Source: an uncultured Candidatus Saccharibacteria bacterium (GTDB lineage Bacteria; Patescibacteriota; WWE3; UBA101185; UBA10185). Taken from it: DNA of 64,000 bases. A model generated the notes under the pieces. It had not been told where the DNA came from. It saw only the letters and a list, made by a program, of their open reading frames with translations, and made no database searches. The position numbers and the translations under genes are program-made. Every line of letters begins with the position of its first letter. Position 1 is the first letter of the stretch. The stretch covers positions 258,252 to 322,251 of the forward strand of contig CAYLMU010000001.1 in the NCBI GenBank assembly GCA_964385105.1, given 5' to 3'. This document shows positions 27,461-36,283 of the stretch, in pieces.

Positions 27461-28750
27461 ATGCAACGAGTTCGTTTAAAGGAAATACATAGACATGTTG
27501 GATTTGAAGTTATAGTGAAAGGGTTTGTACATGCTATTAGGGATCAGGGCAGTATTAAATTTTTAATATTAAGAGATGTTTCAGGGTTGGCACAGGTTGT
27601 TGTGTTAAAAAGTAATTCTGACGTTTTTTCTCAAATTTCTGAACTTACCATTGAATCGGTTGTAGAAATTAAAGGAATTGTAAAAGAAGAAAAACAGGCG
27701 CCTGGAGGTTTTGAAATTGAAGCAAAAGAGATGAAGGTGTTATCGCGTGCTCACGCGGAATTGCCGATTCCTGTGGCGGTTGAAAAAGGCGCCGATGACG
27801 TGGAAATGACAAAAAGGTTTGACTGGAGGTGGCTTGACTTAAGAAAAAGTGAAAAGCAGCAGATATTTAGAGTTTGGACTGATTTTGAAGCAGGTGTTAG
27901 GAAATATTTTGCAGATTCCAACTATTTTCAATTATATTCACCTTCTTTTATGAGCACACCAAGTGAATCAGGGGCTGAAGTATTTGCAGTAAAATATTTT
28001 GACAGGTTTGCATATTTGGCTCAATCTCCACAATTCTACAAACAAATGGCCATGGCTGCAGGTTTTGAAAAAGTTTTTATGACAGGACCGGTGTTTAGAG
28101 CAGAGCCGTCATACACATCAAGACACATGACTGAATTTACCGGTTTGGATTTTGAAATTTCGTACATAGATTCACATTACGATGTAATGGCGGAAGAAGA
28201 AAAAATGATGGTAGAAGGATTTAAAAGCGTAAAAGAAGTAGGTTTTGATATTGATATACCTGTCATCCCTTTTCCAAAGGTAACTATGAAAGAAGCAAAA
28301 AACATGTTAAAAGAATCCGGCGTTATTGGTGAAAAAGAACATGACTTAAGCCCAGAAGAAGAAAGAGAGTTGAGCAGAATTATAAAAGAAAGTAAAGGTC
28401 ATGATTTTGTCTTTGTTACAGATTATTCAATTCACGTTAGACCTTTTTACCATATGAGGCACGAAGATGACCCCGAAATCACAAAAAGTTTTGATTTGCT
28501 TTATAAAGGTGTTGAGGTTACAACAGGCGCTCAAAGAGAACATAGAGATGATATTCTTGAAAAACAAGCTATTGAAAAAGGAATGAATCTTGAGTCATTG
28601 GATTATTACATAAACTTTTTTAGATTTGGTTGTCCGCCTCATGGTGGTGTAGGCATTGGCCCGGGTAGAATAATTATGCAGATGTTAGGATTACAAAGTG
28701 TTAAAGAAGCAGCACTTTTACCAAGAGACGTAAAAAGAATAAGCCCATAA
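27461..28750 (+). CDS. aspS: Aspartate--tRNA(Asp/Asn) ligase, archaeal/non-discriminating type
   Basis: OB fold FLILRD, RWLDLR, YLAQSPQFYKQ, FRAE..RH..EF, FRFGCPPHGGVGIG; no GAD insertion; AAGGAGG SD at 27448. Confidence 0.92.
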   Translation: MQRVRLKEIHRHVGFEVIVKGFVHAIRDQGSIKFLILRDVSGLAQVVVLKSNSDVFSQISELTIESVVEIKGIVKEEKQAPGGFEIEAKEMKVLSRAHAELPIPVAVEKGADDVEMTKRFDWRWLDLRKSEKQQIFRVWTDFEAGVRKYFADSNYFQLYSPSFMSTPSESGAEVFAVKYFDRFAYLAQSPQFYKQMAMAAGFEKVFMTGPVFRAEPSYTSRHMTEFTGLDFEISYIDSHYDVMAEEEKMMVEGFKSVKEVGFDIDIPVIPFPKVTMKEAKNMLKESGVIGEKEHDLSPEEERELSRIIKESKGHDFVFVTDYSIHVRPFYHMRHEDDPEITKSFDLLYKGVEVTTGAQREHRDDILEKQAIEKGMNLESLDYYINFFRFGCPPHGGVGIGPGRIIMQMLGLQSVKEAALLPRDVKRISP

Positions 28751-28775
28751 TTGAACCTGTGGTATCATCTATAAC

Positions 28776-29801
28776 ATGAGTTTTACAGCCCAAGATATTA
28801 AGCTCTTTGCGCTTAAAATTTTTCTGGAAATATTACTTTTTATTGATTTTTTGGAAGAGTTGCCTTCTAAATTTTTAAAATATTCATTACGCGCTATGTT
28901 TTTGTCACTAATATTTGCCGCCTTTTTTTCATTTTTTGCTTATGAGTCTGCTACTCACAGCTACCATAACATGGTTGCATATTTATTAATTCCCGAGTTG
29001 AGAAATTCCGCGTCGACGGCACTTCCGGTATATCCTAAGTTAAGAGAAAATATTGAATTCCCTCAAATCAGTGCAAAATCACTGCTTGTCGTAGATAACA
29101 AAAATCACAAAATTTTATATGAACTGAATTCAAATAATCCTTTACCTCCGGCTTCTACCACAAAATTAATGACGGCACTTGTAGTTTTAGATTCAGGTGT
29201 TGATTTATCAAATGTTGTTGTTATGCCCGAAGTATGTGTGCAAATTGAGTCGCAAAAAGTGGGTTTTTTGCCCGAAGAATTAGTAAGTGTGAACGACTTA
29301 TTATATAGCTTACTGGTGAGTTCGGCCGGTGATGCTGCATGTGCTTTGGCTTATAACACACTAGATTCCTACGACGCGTTTATATCTCAAATGAACAAAA
29401 AAGCGATGGATTTTAATTTAAAAAACACATTCTTTACAAATCCGATAGGGCTTGATGATCCAAATGGCTTACATGTTTCATCTGCTAATGATTTGTACGT
29501 GTTGACCGAAAATGTGTTAACTAACCCGCACGTTCAACAAATAATTCAAACAAAAGATTACAATATTACTACAGGCCATAATGTTAGAAAAATATTTAAC
29601 ACTAATGATATGTTATGGGATGTTCCCGGCACTGTAGGCGTGAAAACCGGAAGAACTTATGGTGCCGGGGAAGTGTTGATATATGAATATAAAAAAGATG
29701 CAGCAGACTTGATTATTGTTGTTATGGGAAGTGATGATAGATTTGAAGATACCAAAAAGATACTTGATTGGTCACTTAGAAGTTATGACTTTGGGAACTA
29801 A
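28776..29801 (+). CDS. D-alanyl-D-alanine carboxypeptidase family (peptidase S11)
   Basis: PASTTKLMTA (SxxK), FTNPIGLD, GVKTGRT; N-terminal TM. Confidence 0.88.
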   Translation: MSFTAQDIKLFALKIFLEILLFIDFLEELPSKFLKYSLRAMFLSLIFAAFFSFFAYESATHSYHNMVAYLLIPELRNSASTALPVYPKLRENIEFPQISAKSLLVVDNKNHKILYELNSNNPLPPASTTKLMTALVVLDSGVDLSNVVVMPEVCVQIESQKVGFLPEELVSVNDLLYSLLVSSAGDAACALAYNTLDSYDAFISQMNKKAMDFNLKNTFFTNPIGLDDPNGLHVSSANDLYVLTENVLTNPHVQQIIQTKDYNITTGHNVRKIFNTNDMLWDVPGTVGVKTGRTYGAGEVLIYEYKKDAADLIIVVMGSDDRFEDTKKILDWSLRSYDFGN

Positions 29802-30967
29802 TTTTGTTGAGTTTCTTGAGTGGGCTCCTGAGTTTCGAGCGGTATTACGTATTGCCCCGGAATTGCAGGGTAATAAAGGGTAATATTTCCTCCGGGACTG
29901 TTTCCTACATTATAGCTGCCTTCAAAAACGTAAATCGGTTGAATGTATTTTTGTCTTTCGGGTGTGTCGTAATATGCAAGATAAATGTTATTAATCAGCA
30001 CTTTATCAATTCTTGTAGGTACATAATTGTTAAAAATAGAAGAATTAACAGGTGTAATGTTTGTAATAACGCCTCTATTTTCTTGCGAAACTGCATGCCA
30101 TGCTTCTGCAACACCAATTATTGGATAAGTTGCACGTTGGTTTCCTGTTGTTGAAATAATTTCCCATTCTGAGTAGTTAATTAAAGAATGATTTAACACT
30201 ATACTTGCATCTTTTGGTCTGCTTACAGTAATATTTATTAATCCCTTTGCAGGGTCAGGGCCAAGAACCGTGTAATCGTTTATGTCTCTGAAAAAATCAA
30301 CTCGTGCCAATTCGGTATCAAGACTCCCGCTTCTGATAATTCCGTTTCCTTGAATCTTGCCCATAGTAACTGTTTGAGTACCCTCATTATAAAGAGTGTC
30401 ATATAATCGCCCGATTGATCTTAATGATTGAAAAGCCCAGTTTAAAGCAGCACTTTCAGTTACTGAACCGGGAACCATATACTGTTTTTTGTCACCCAAT
30501 GGTGTGTTTAATGTGAGTTTTTTGGTATTAATATCTATTTCCAACATGGCGTTTGTTTCAGTGTCGCGCCACCTATAAGTGTCGCCCTTTAGGTCTGTAA
30601 TTAACTCATCATCAGTAAAACCAAGAATTGCCGCATGTTGTTGAGCCAGTTTGCCGGCAGAATATGAAAATGCTGGTGTAGCGGTAGGATATACAACCAT
30701 ACTTGCAGGAAATCCCGCAGGAAGCCGACCGTCTTTTGTGTTGAGTTCAAAATTTAAAGGTTGGGTGTTTGTAATAGCTTTTTCAACAAATTCTAATGGT
30801 GGAAGCTGGCCATAAATCACATTAGGTGGGTTTCTAGGTGGGAATAACGTTTTAACCAATCCTTTGGCACCGGGGGCTAAAATAATTATTAGAAGATATA
30901 TTGTGGCAGCACCCAGAATTCCGGCTATAATTTTTCTGGCATAAAAGGCCACTTCGGTCAATGTCAT
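29798..30967 (-). CDS. Hypothetical membrane-anchored extracytoplasmic protein
   Basis: 389-aa ORF with N-terminal TM; C-terminal IYLAYYD...YIQPIYVFEG; no family recognised. Confidence 0.8.
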   Translation of the reverse strand: MTLTEVAFYARKIIAGILGAATIYLLIIILAPGAKGLVKTLFPPRNPPNVIYGQLPPLEFVEKAITNTQPLNFELNTKDGRLPAGFPASMVVYPTATPAFSYSAGKLAQQHAAILGFTDDELITDLKGDTYRWRDTETNAMLEIDINTKKLTLNTPLGDKKQYMVPGSVTESAALNWAFQSLRSIGRLYDTLYNEGTQTVTMGKIQGNGIIRSGSLDTELARVDFFRDINDYTVLGPDPAKGLINITVSRPKDASIVLNHSLINYSEWEIISTTGNQRATYPIIGVAEAWHAVSQENRGVITNITPVNSSIFNNYVPTRIDKVLINNIYLAYYDTPERQKYIQPIYVFEGSYNVGNSPGGNITLYYPAIPGQYVIPLETQEPTQETQQN

Positions 30968-31023
30968 TCAATATTATTTTGCCTTAAAACAGCACTAAAA
31001 GCAAAATATGATAAAATGCTTTT

Positions 31024-32451
31024 ATGACGGTAAGAACAAGAATGGCTCCCAGTCCTACAGGCGAATATCATATCGGCGGATTACGAACTTTTTTGTATAA
31101 CTACGCGTTTGCTAAAAAAAATAACGGGGCTATGATTTTGCGAATTGAAGACACTGATAAAGAACGTGAAGTTGAAGGAGTTTTGCAAAGAATAATTGAT
31201 GTTATACATGACTATGGCTTAGGTTGGGATGAAGGACCGTTTATTCAATCTCAACGGCTTGATTTGTATAAAAAACATGGGCAGGAGCTTGTTGAGAAAA
31301 ACCATGCATATTATTGTTTTTGTTCACCTGAAAGGTTAAAAAATCTACGTGAGCAGCAGATTAGTGAGGGCAAAATAACCAAATATGACAGACATTGCTT
31401 AAAACTTACACATGATGAGGTCAAAAAAAAGCTTGAGACTGGCGAAAATTATGTAATTAGAATGAAAGCTCCCGATGATGTGGCAATTTCTTGGAATGAT
31501 GAGATTTTGGGGGAGATTACTATAAATTCATCCGAGCTTGATGATCAGGTTTTGTTAAAGTCCGACGGGTATCCGACATATCATTTGGCAGTTGTGGTTG
31601 ATGACCATTATATGAATATATCCCACGTCTTGCGGGGTATGGAGTGGTTACCATCAACACCTAAACATATTTTACTTTTTAACTATTTTGAATGGAATTT
31701 ACCTAAATTTGGACATTTACCCAATCTAAAAGAAGTAGGATCAAACAAAAAACTTTCTAAGAGATTTGGTGATGTTCATGCAGAAAAGTTTTTGGAAAAC
31801 GGTTATCTGCCGGAAGCAGTTTTGAATTTTGTAATGTTTTTAGGCTGGAATCCCGGAACCGACCAAGAAGTTTATTCACTTGAGGAGTTTATAAATGATT
31901 TTACGCTTGAAAGAGTTCATAAGACTGATCTTGTAGCTTTTGATAGGGAAAAACTTGTGTGGTATAACGGTGTTTATATTAGAAACATGTCACCTGAATC
32001 GTTGTGGGAGCGCATAAAACAATGGGCAGAAAAATACTCTGTTAATCTGGTATCAGAAGGATTTGACGATGATTATGTAATTAAAGTATTGAGTACGGTT
32101 CAAGAAAGGATGAAGTTATTAAGCGAATTTAATTTATTGACTGAGTATTTCTTTACCGATAAGTTTACTGTTAATAGTGCAGATTTGGCTAAATTTGCTA
32201 AAGATAAAACCACTCAAATCTTGAAATTATTTATTGATGAATATTCAAAAGTAGATGAAAGTTTATGGAATAGCGAAAACTTAGACAGTCTGTCTCATGA
32301 AGTTATCAATAATCATGGTTATAAACCAAAAGAAGCGTTTATGACAATTAGAATTGCTGTTACGGGGAATACAGCTACACCACCTTTGTTTGATGTATTG
32401 GAATTGCTTGGTAAGGAAGAAGTTTTAAAAAGGCTAAATTTAAATGTTTGA
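31024..32451 (+). CDS. gltX: Glutamate--tRNA ligase
   Basis: RMAPSPTGEYHIGG (HIGH), LRIEDTD, PTYHLAVVVDD, KLSKR. Confidence 0.97.
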   Translation: MTVRTRMAPSPTGEYHIGGLRTFLYNYAFAKKNNGAMILRIEDTDKEREVEGVLQRIIDVIHDYGLGWDEGPFIQSQRLDLYKKHGQELVEKNHAYYCFCSPERLKNLREQQISEGKITKYDRHCLKLTHDEVKKKLETGENYVIRMKAPDDVAISWNDEILGEITINSSELDDQVLLKSDGYPTYHLAVVVDDHYMNISHVLRGMEWLPSTPKHILLFNYFEWNLPKFGHLPNLKEVGSNKKLSKRFGDVHAEKFLENGYLPEAVLNFVMFLGWNPGTDQEVYSLEEFINDFTLERVHKTDLVAFDREKLVWYNGVYIRNMSPESLWERIKQWAEKYSVNLVSEGFDDDYVIKVLSTVQERMKLLSEFNLLTEYFFTDKFTVNSADLAKFAKDKTTQILKLFIDEYSKVDESLWNSENLDSLSHEVINNHGYKPKEAFMTIRIAVTGNTATPPLFDVLELLGKEEVLKRLNLNV

Positions 32452-32455
32452 AAAT

Positions 32456-32554
32456 TTACTTATTTGAGCCAAAAATACTGGTAATAGCCTGTATAACACT
32501 TGTAATAACTCCATCAACTATTGCTTCTATTACATCTGCCATTGCTTTCATCAT
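32456..32554 (-). CDS. Small unannotated amphipathic peptide (32 aa)
   Basis: Translated by hand: MMKAMADVIEAIVDGVITSVIQAITSIFGSNK*; fills the gltX-recA gap; promoter ends 6 nt upstream of ATG. Confidence 0.65.
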   Translation of the reverse strand: MMKAMADVIEAIVDGVITSVIQAITSIFGSNK

Positions 32555-32560
32555 AAGCTA

Positions 32561-32589
32561 AATATAGCGCCATTACAATAAAAAGTCAA
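32561..32589 (-). promoter_or_regulatory. Sigma70-type promoter for the small peptide (leaderless geometry)
   Basis: Minus strand TTGACT(32589-32584)-N17-TATATT(32566-32561)-N6-ATG. Confidence 0.65.
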
Positions 32590-32697
32590 GGGGCTTATTG
32601 ATTGTAATATCTAGTGAAAATAGACTTATAGGCGTTGTAAAGGTGGGGTTTTTTGATACAATTCAAGTTAGAAATTTTTTTAGAAATGGAGATTAAA

Positions 32698-33780
32698 ATG
32701 GCAAAAAGTAAAAAAGATAATACCTCAAACGTAAATGATGTAGATAAAAATAAAGAATTAGCGCTGAAATCAGCACTTTCTCAAATAGAAAAAAATTTTG
32801 GTAAAGGTTCAATAATGAAACTTGGAGACCGCCCGACAGAAAAGAATGTTCCTGCAATTCCAACAGGTGCTATAGCATTAGATATGGCATTAGGTGTAGG
32901 AGGCATACCCAGAGGAAGAATTGTTGAATTATATGGCCCTGAATCATCAGGTAAAACAACTTTAGTCCAACATATAATTGCAGAAGCTCAGGAGCAGGGG
33001 GGAACAGCAGCGCTTATAGATGCCGAGCATGCTTTTGATCCTGTATATGCTGAAAAAACCGGAGTTGATGTTGATAATCTGTTAATTTCACAGCCGGATA
33101 CAGGTGAACAGGCCTTGGAAATTGCAGAAACGTTAATCAGATCTAATGCGGTTGATTTGATAGCAATAGACTCAGTTGCTGCTTTAACGCCTCGAGCTGA
33201 AATTGAAGGTGACATTGGAGACAGTCATATTGCTTTACAAGCCAGATTAATGAGTCATGCTTTAAGAAAAATAACCGGAGCCATAAACAAGTCCAACTGT
33301 ACAGTTATATTCACAAATCAATTAAGAACCAAGGTTGGTGTAATGTTTGGAAATCCTGAGGTGACTCCCGGTGGTAGAGCTTTAAAATTTTATGCATCCG
33401 TGCGAATGGAAATTAGAAGGATTCAAACAATAACCGAAGGATCAGATGCAGAAGGTATAAAAGTCAGAGTTAAAGTCGTTAAAAACAAAGTAGCACCTCC
33501 GTTTAGGGTAGCTGAGTTTGACATTATGTTTAATGAAGGAATCAGCAAGGAAGGTAATTTGGTGGATGTAGGTGTTGAAATGGGCGTGGTTAATAAAAGT
33601 GGTGCCTGGTATGACTATGAGGGTGAAAGACTTGGTCAGGGTAGAGAGTCAGCCAAAGCAACTCTTAAGGAAAACAAAAAACTTGCAGATGAAGTAGAAA
33701 AGAAAATCAGAGAAGCTTTATCAAGCGGCAAAGAAATACCTATGGCAATAAGTTCGGATGAGGAAGAAATTAGTGAATAA
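32698..33780 (+). CDS. recA: Recombinase RecA
   Basis: [45 protein letters not shown]; ATG 32698 after GGAG. Confidence 0.98.
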   Translation: MAKSKKDNTSNVNDVDKNKELALKSALSQIEKNFGKGSIMKLGDRPTEKNVPAIPTGAIALDMALGVGGIPRGRIVELYGPESSGKTTLVQHIIAEAQEQGGTAALIDAEHAFDPVYAEKTGVDVDNLLISQPDTGEQALEIAETLIRSNAVDLIAIDSVAALTPRAEIEGDIGDSHIALQARLMSHALRKITGAINKSNCTVIFTNQLRTKVGVMFGNPEVTPGGRALKFYASVRMEIRRIQTITEGSDAEGIKVRVKVVKNKVAPPFRVAEFDIMFNEGISKEGNLVDVGVEMGVVNKSGAWYDYEGERLGQGRESAKATLKENKKLADEVEKKIREALSSGKEIPMAISSDEEEISE

Positions 33781-34286
33781 TGTTTTCTACGGAGAATATT
33801 GAATCAAAGTGTCATGGCGCTGCGCTTAATTTTATAGCAAATCGTCCGCGGACTGAAAAAGAGGTATATGACAAGCTTAAAGTTTTGCTGGAAAAGCATT
33901 ACGGCAAAGGTTCAATAACACTAGAAGAAGGTTCTTTGGTTTTGAATAAAGTAATTTCTTCATTACGAGATGGAAAGCTTTTAAATGATGAAGAATATGC
34001 AAAAACGTATGTGTCACAAAGCATCAGAAAAACAAATCCATTGAGTAAATTTGAAATCATCTCGTTTTTGGCCAGAAAAGGAGTAAATAAAGCAATAATA
34101 ACAGACGCTTTAAGTTTATATGATGATGATGTAGAAAGAAAATCCATTGAAAAAATTGTGAAAAAAAGAATAAAAAACCCAATCATACTTACAGATACAA
34201 AAATGAAGGCAAAACATATTAATTATTTAGTACGACGGGGTTTTTCTTATAATTTAGCTTATGAGGTTCTAAGCAACTCAATTTGA
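33780..34286 (+). CDS. recX: Regulatory protein RecX
   Basis: ALNFIANRPRTEKE, LLNDEEYA, L.RKGV, YLVRRGFS; follows recA. Confidence 0.88.
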   Translation: MFSTENIESKCHGAALNFIANRPRTEKEVYDKLKVLLEKHYGKGSITLEEGSLVLNKVISSLRDGKLLNDEEYAKTYVSQSIRKTNPLSKFEIISFLARKGVNKAIITDALSLYDDDVERKSIEKIVKKRIKNPIILTDTKMKAKHINYLVRRGFSYNLAYEVLSNSI

Positions 34287-34311
34287 CACAAAAACTAAAA
34301 GAATCTACAAT
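34283..34311 (+). promoter_or_regulatory. Near-consensus sigma70 promoter for rny
   Basis: TTGACA-N17-TACAAT. Confidence 0.8.
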
Positions 34312-34510
34312 CAGTACAGGAATTTTGCTGTAATAACGGCATTACTTATTGAGTTAGCGGAAAATTATGTACAGAACAAAAAAGCTATTAAAACAAATTT
34401 ATACATCTAAAATATTTATTGGTTTTGAGGAACTTACTGTTCTAACCCCTAACATGCGTAAGTAAGCCTTTACAGCTAGTATTTGATTATTAGCCAAATT
34501 TAGGAGGCGC

Positions 34511-36088
34511 ATGGAAAATTTACTTTTAGTTATAGTTGCAGTGGTAATCCTATCGGGGTCAATAGGTACTGCCGTGTATTTCGCACTTACCAAAACAAAA
34601 AAATCAGAAGACACAGAAACTGTCAGTGCTGTAGTAAAGGAAGCAGCAAATATTTCTAGTACAGATGATGCAGTTTCTAAGCAACAGATTGTAATTGAAG
34701 CAAGAGCCAAAGCTAAAGAGATGATTATAGAGGCAAAGGATGCTGCTTTTAAAATAAAGACTGAAGCTGAAAAGCAGGCTCAGGAACTTAAAAAAAATCT
34801 TGAAGGAAAAGAAAAGGATCTTGCAATAAAGGAAACTGAGATTAACGTAAAAGAAAAGGAAATTAAAGATAGACAGGAAGAAGTAAAAGTATTAAAAGAA
34901 TCAATCGAGAAAAAGATTGAAAAAATCGATGTATTAACTAGACAAAAAAAAGAAAGTCTGGAAAAAGTCGCTAATTTAACTAGAGAAGAAGCACGTGAAG
35001 AACTCCTTGAAGCTTTTGATAAAGAATTGGCTGAAGAAAAGAGTAAAAGAATAAGAGCAATTGAAGAAGAAATCAAGAAAAATAAAGAAACTATGGCTCA
35101 AGAAATTTTAATTGATGCCATGAGACATGGAGCTACGGATTATGTGGTTCAGCATACCACCTCACATGTAAAACTCCCCGATGATGAAATAAAAGGCAGA
35201 ATAATTGGTAAAGAAGGTAGAAACATACGTAAATTTGAAGAACTCACCGGAGTTGAGCTTGACTTGGATTCGGCACCGGGGGAGGTAATTATTTCATCAT
35301 TTGATCCGGTAAGAAGAGAAATAGCAAGAGCAGCATTAGAAAAACTTATTGTAGACGGAAGAATACAGCCAACCAGAATTGAAGAATTAGTAGAAAAAAC
35401 TCAAGAGGAAATCGATCAGATGATGTATAAAGAAGGCGATAACTTATGTCACAGGGTGGGAGTTTACAATATTCCGGATGATTTGGTGAGAATGCTGGGA
35501 AGATTTAAGTACAGATTTTCTTATGGCCAAAACATGATTGAACATACACTTGAAGAAACACGAATAGGTGTGGCGATTGCAAAAGAGTTAAAAGCCGATG
35601 CCGAGGTAGTGAAGCTTGGATGTTTATTTCATGACATAGGAAAAGTTGTAAGCGACGAAGAAGGCACACATGTTGAGCTTGGGGTAGATTTATTAAAGAA
35701 ATACAAAATAGCCGAACCGGTTGTAAATGCCGTAGCAGAACATCATGAAGATAAGCCTTTTAGTTCTATTGAATCTGCAATTGTGGCGCTTGCTGACCAC
35801 ATAAGCGGTGCAAGACCCGGGGCAAGGTCTGAAGATTACGAATCTTATGCCGAAAGAATGAGAAACCTTGAAGAAGCTGCTATGTCGTTTGACGGAGTGA
35901 AACAAGCTTATGCCATATCGGCAGGGCGTGAAGTGCGAGTGTTTGTTGAACCGGCAAAGGTCGATGATGAAACCACAGCACTTCTGGCCAGGGAAATAGC
36001 TAAAAAAATAGAACTGGAACAATCATATCCCGGAATTGTTAAAGTAACGGTGATTAGAGAAACAAGGTACAGCGACACAGCGAAGTAA
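34511..36088 (+). CDS. rny: Ribonuclease Y
   Basis: N-terminal TM, coiled coil, KH domain KGRIIGKEGRNIR, HD domain FHDIGK, ISGARPGAR, YAISAGREVRV. Confidence 0.97.
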   Translation: MENLLLVIVAVVILSGSIGTAVYFALTKTKKSEDTETVSAVVKEAANISSTDDAVSKQQIVIEARAKAKEMIIEAKDAAFKIKTEAEKQAQELKKNLEGKEKDLAIKETEINVKEKEIKDRQEEVKVLKESIEKKIEKIDVLTRQKKESLEKVANLTREEAREELLEAFDKELAEEKSKRIRAIEEEIKKNKETMAQEILIDAMRHGATDYVVQHTTSHVKLPDDEIKGRIIGKEGRNIRKFEELTGVELDLDSAPGEVIISSFDPVRREIARAALEKLIVDGRIQPTRIEELVEKTQEEIDQMMYKEGDNLCHRVGVYNIPDDLVRMLGRFKYRFSYGQNMIEHTLEETRIGVAIAKELKADAEVVKLGCLFHDIGKVVSDEEGTHVELGVDLLKKYKIAEPVVNAVAEHHEDKPFSSIESAIVALADHISGARPGARSEDYESYAERMRNLEEAAMSFDGVKQAYAISAGREVRVFVEPAKVDDETTALLAREIAKKIELEQSYPGIVKVTVIRETRYSDTAK

Positions 36089-36096
36089 ATCTGCAC

Positions 36097-36279
36097 ATGT
36101 ATTATTTGCTGCTGTTTCTGCTTATTTTGATTTTGGCATCTGTTGTTGGATTCCTGGTTCATTCGGTTGCTAAAGGGTGTTTAATCGTTATATTTGTAAT
36201 AATTGTTGGACTTTTTATTTTTTTCCTTATAAAATCAACAATAGAACCAGTTGAGTTATTTAACGTTATGTTAAATTAG
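36097..36279 (+). CDS. Small membrane protein (60 aa, two TM)
   Basis: Two hydrophobic stretches; fills the rny-ymdB gap with 8- and 4-nt spacers. Confidence 0.6.
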   Translation: MYYLLLFLLILILASVVGFLVHSVAKGCLIVIFVIIVGLFIFFLIKSTIEPVELFNVMLN

Positions 36280-36283
36280 AACC

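Noticed and set aside
34690-35100. Lys/Glu-rich quasi-repetitive sequence in rny
   Set aside because: This is the normal RNase Y coiled-coil region, not a DNA repeat.
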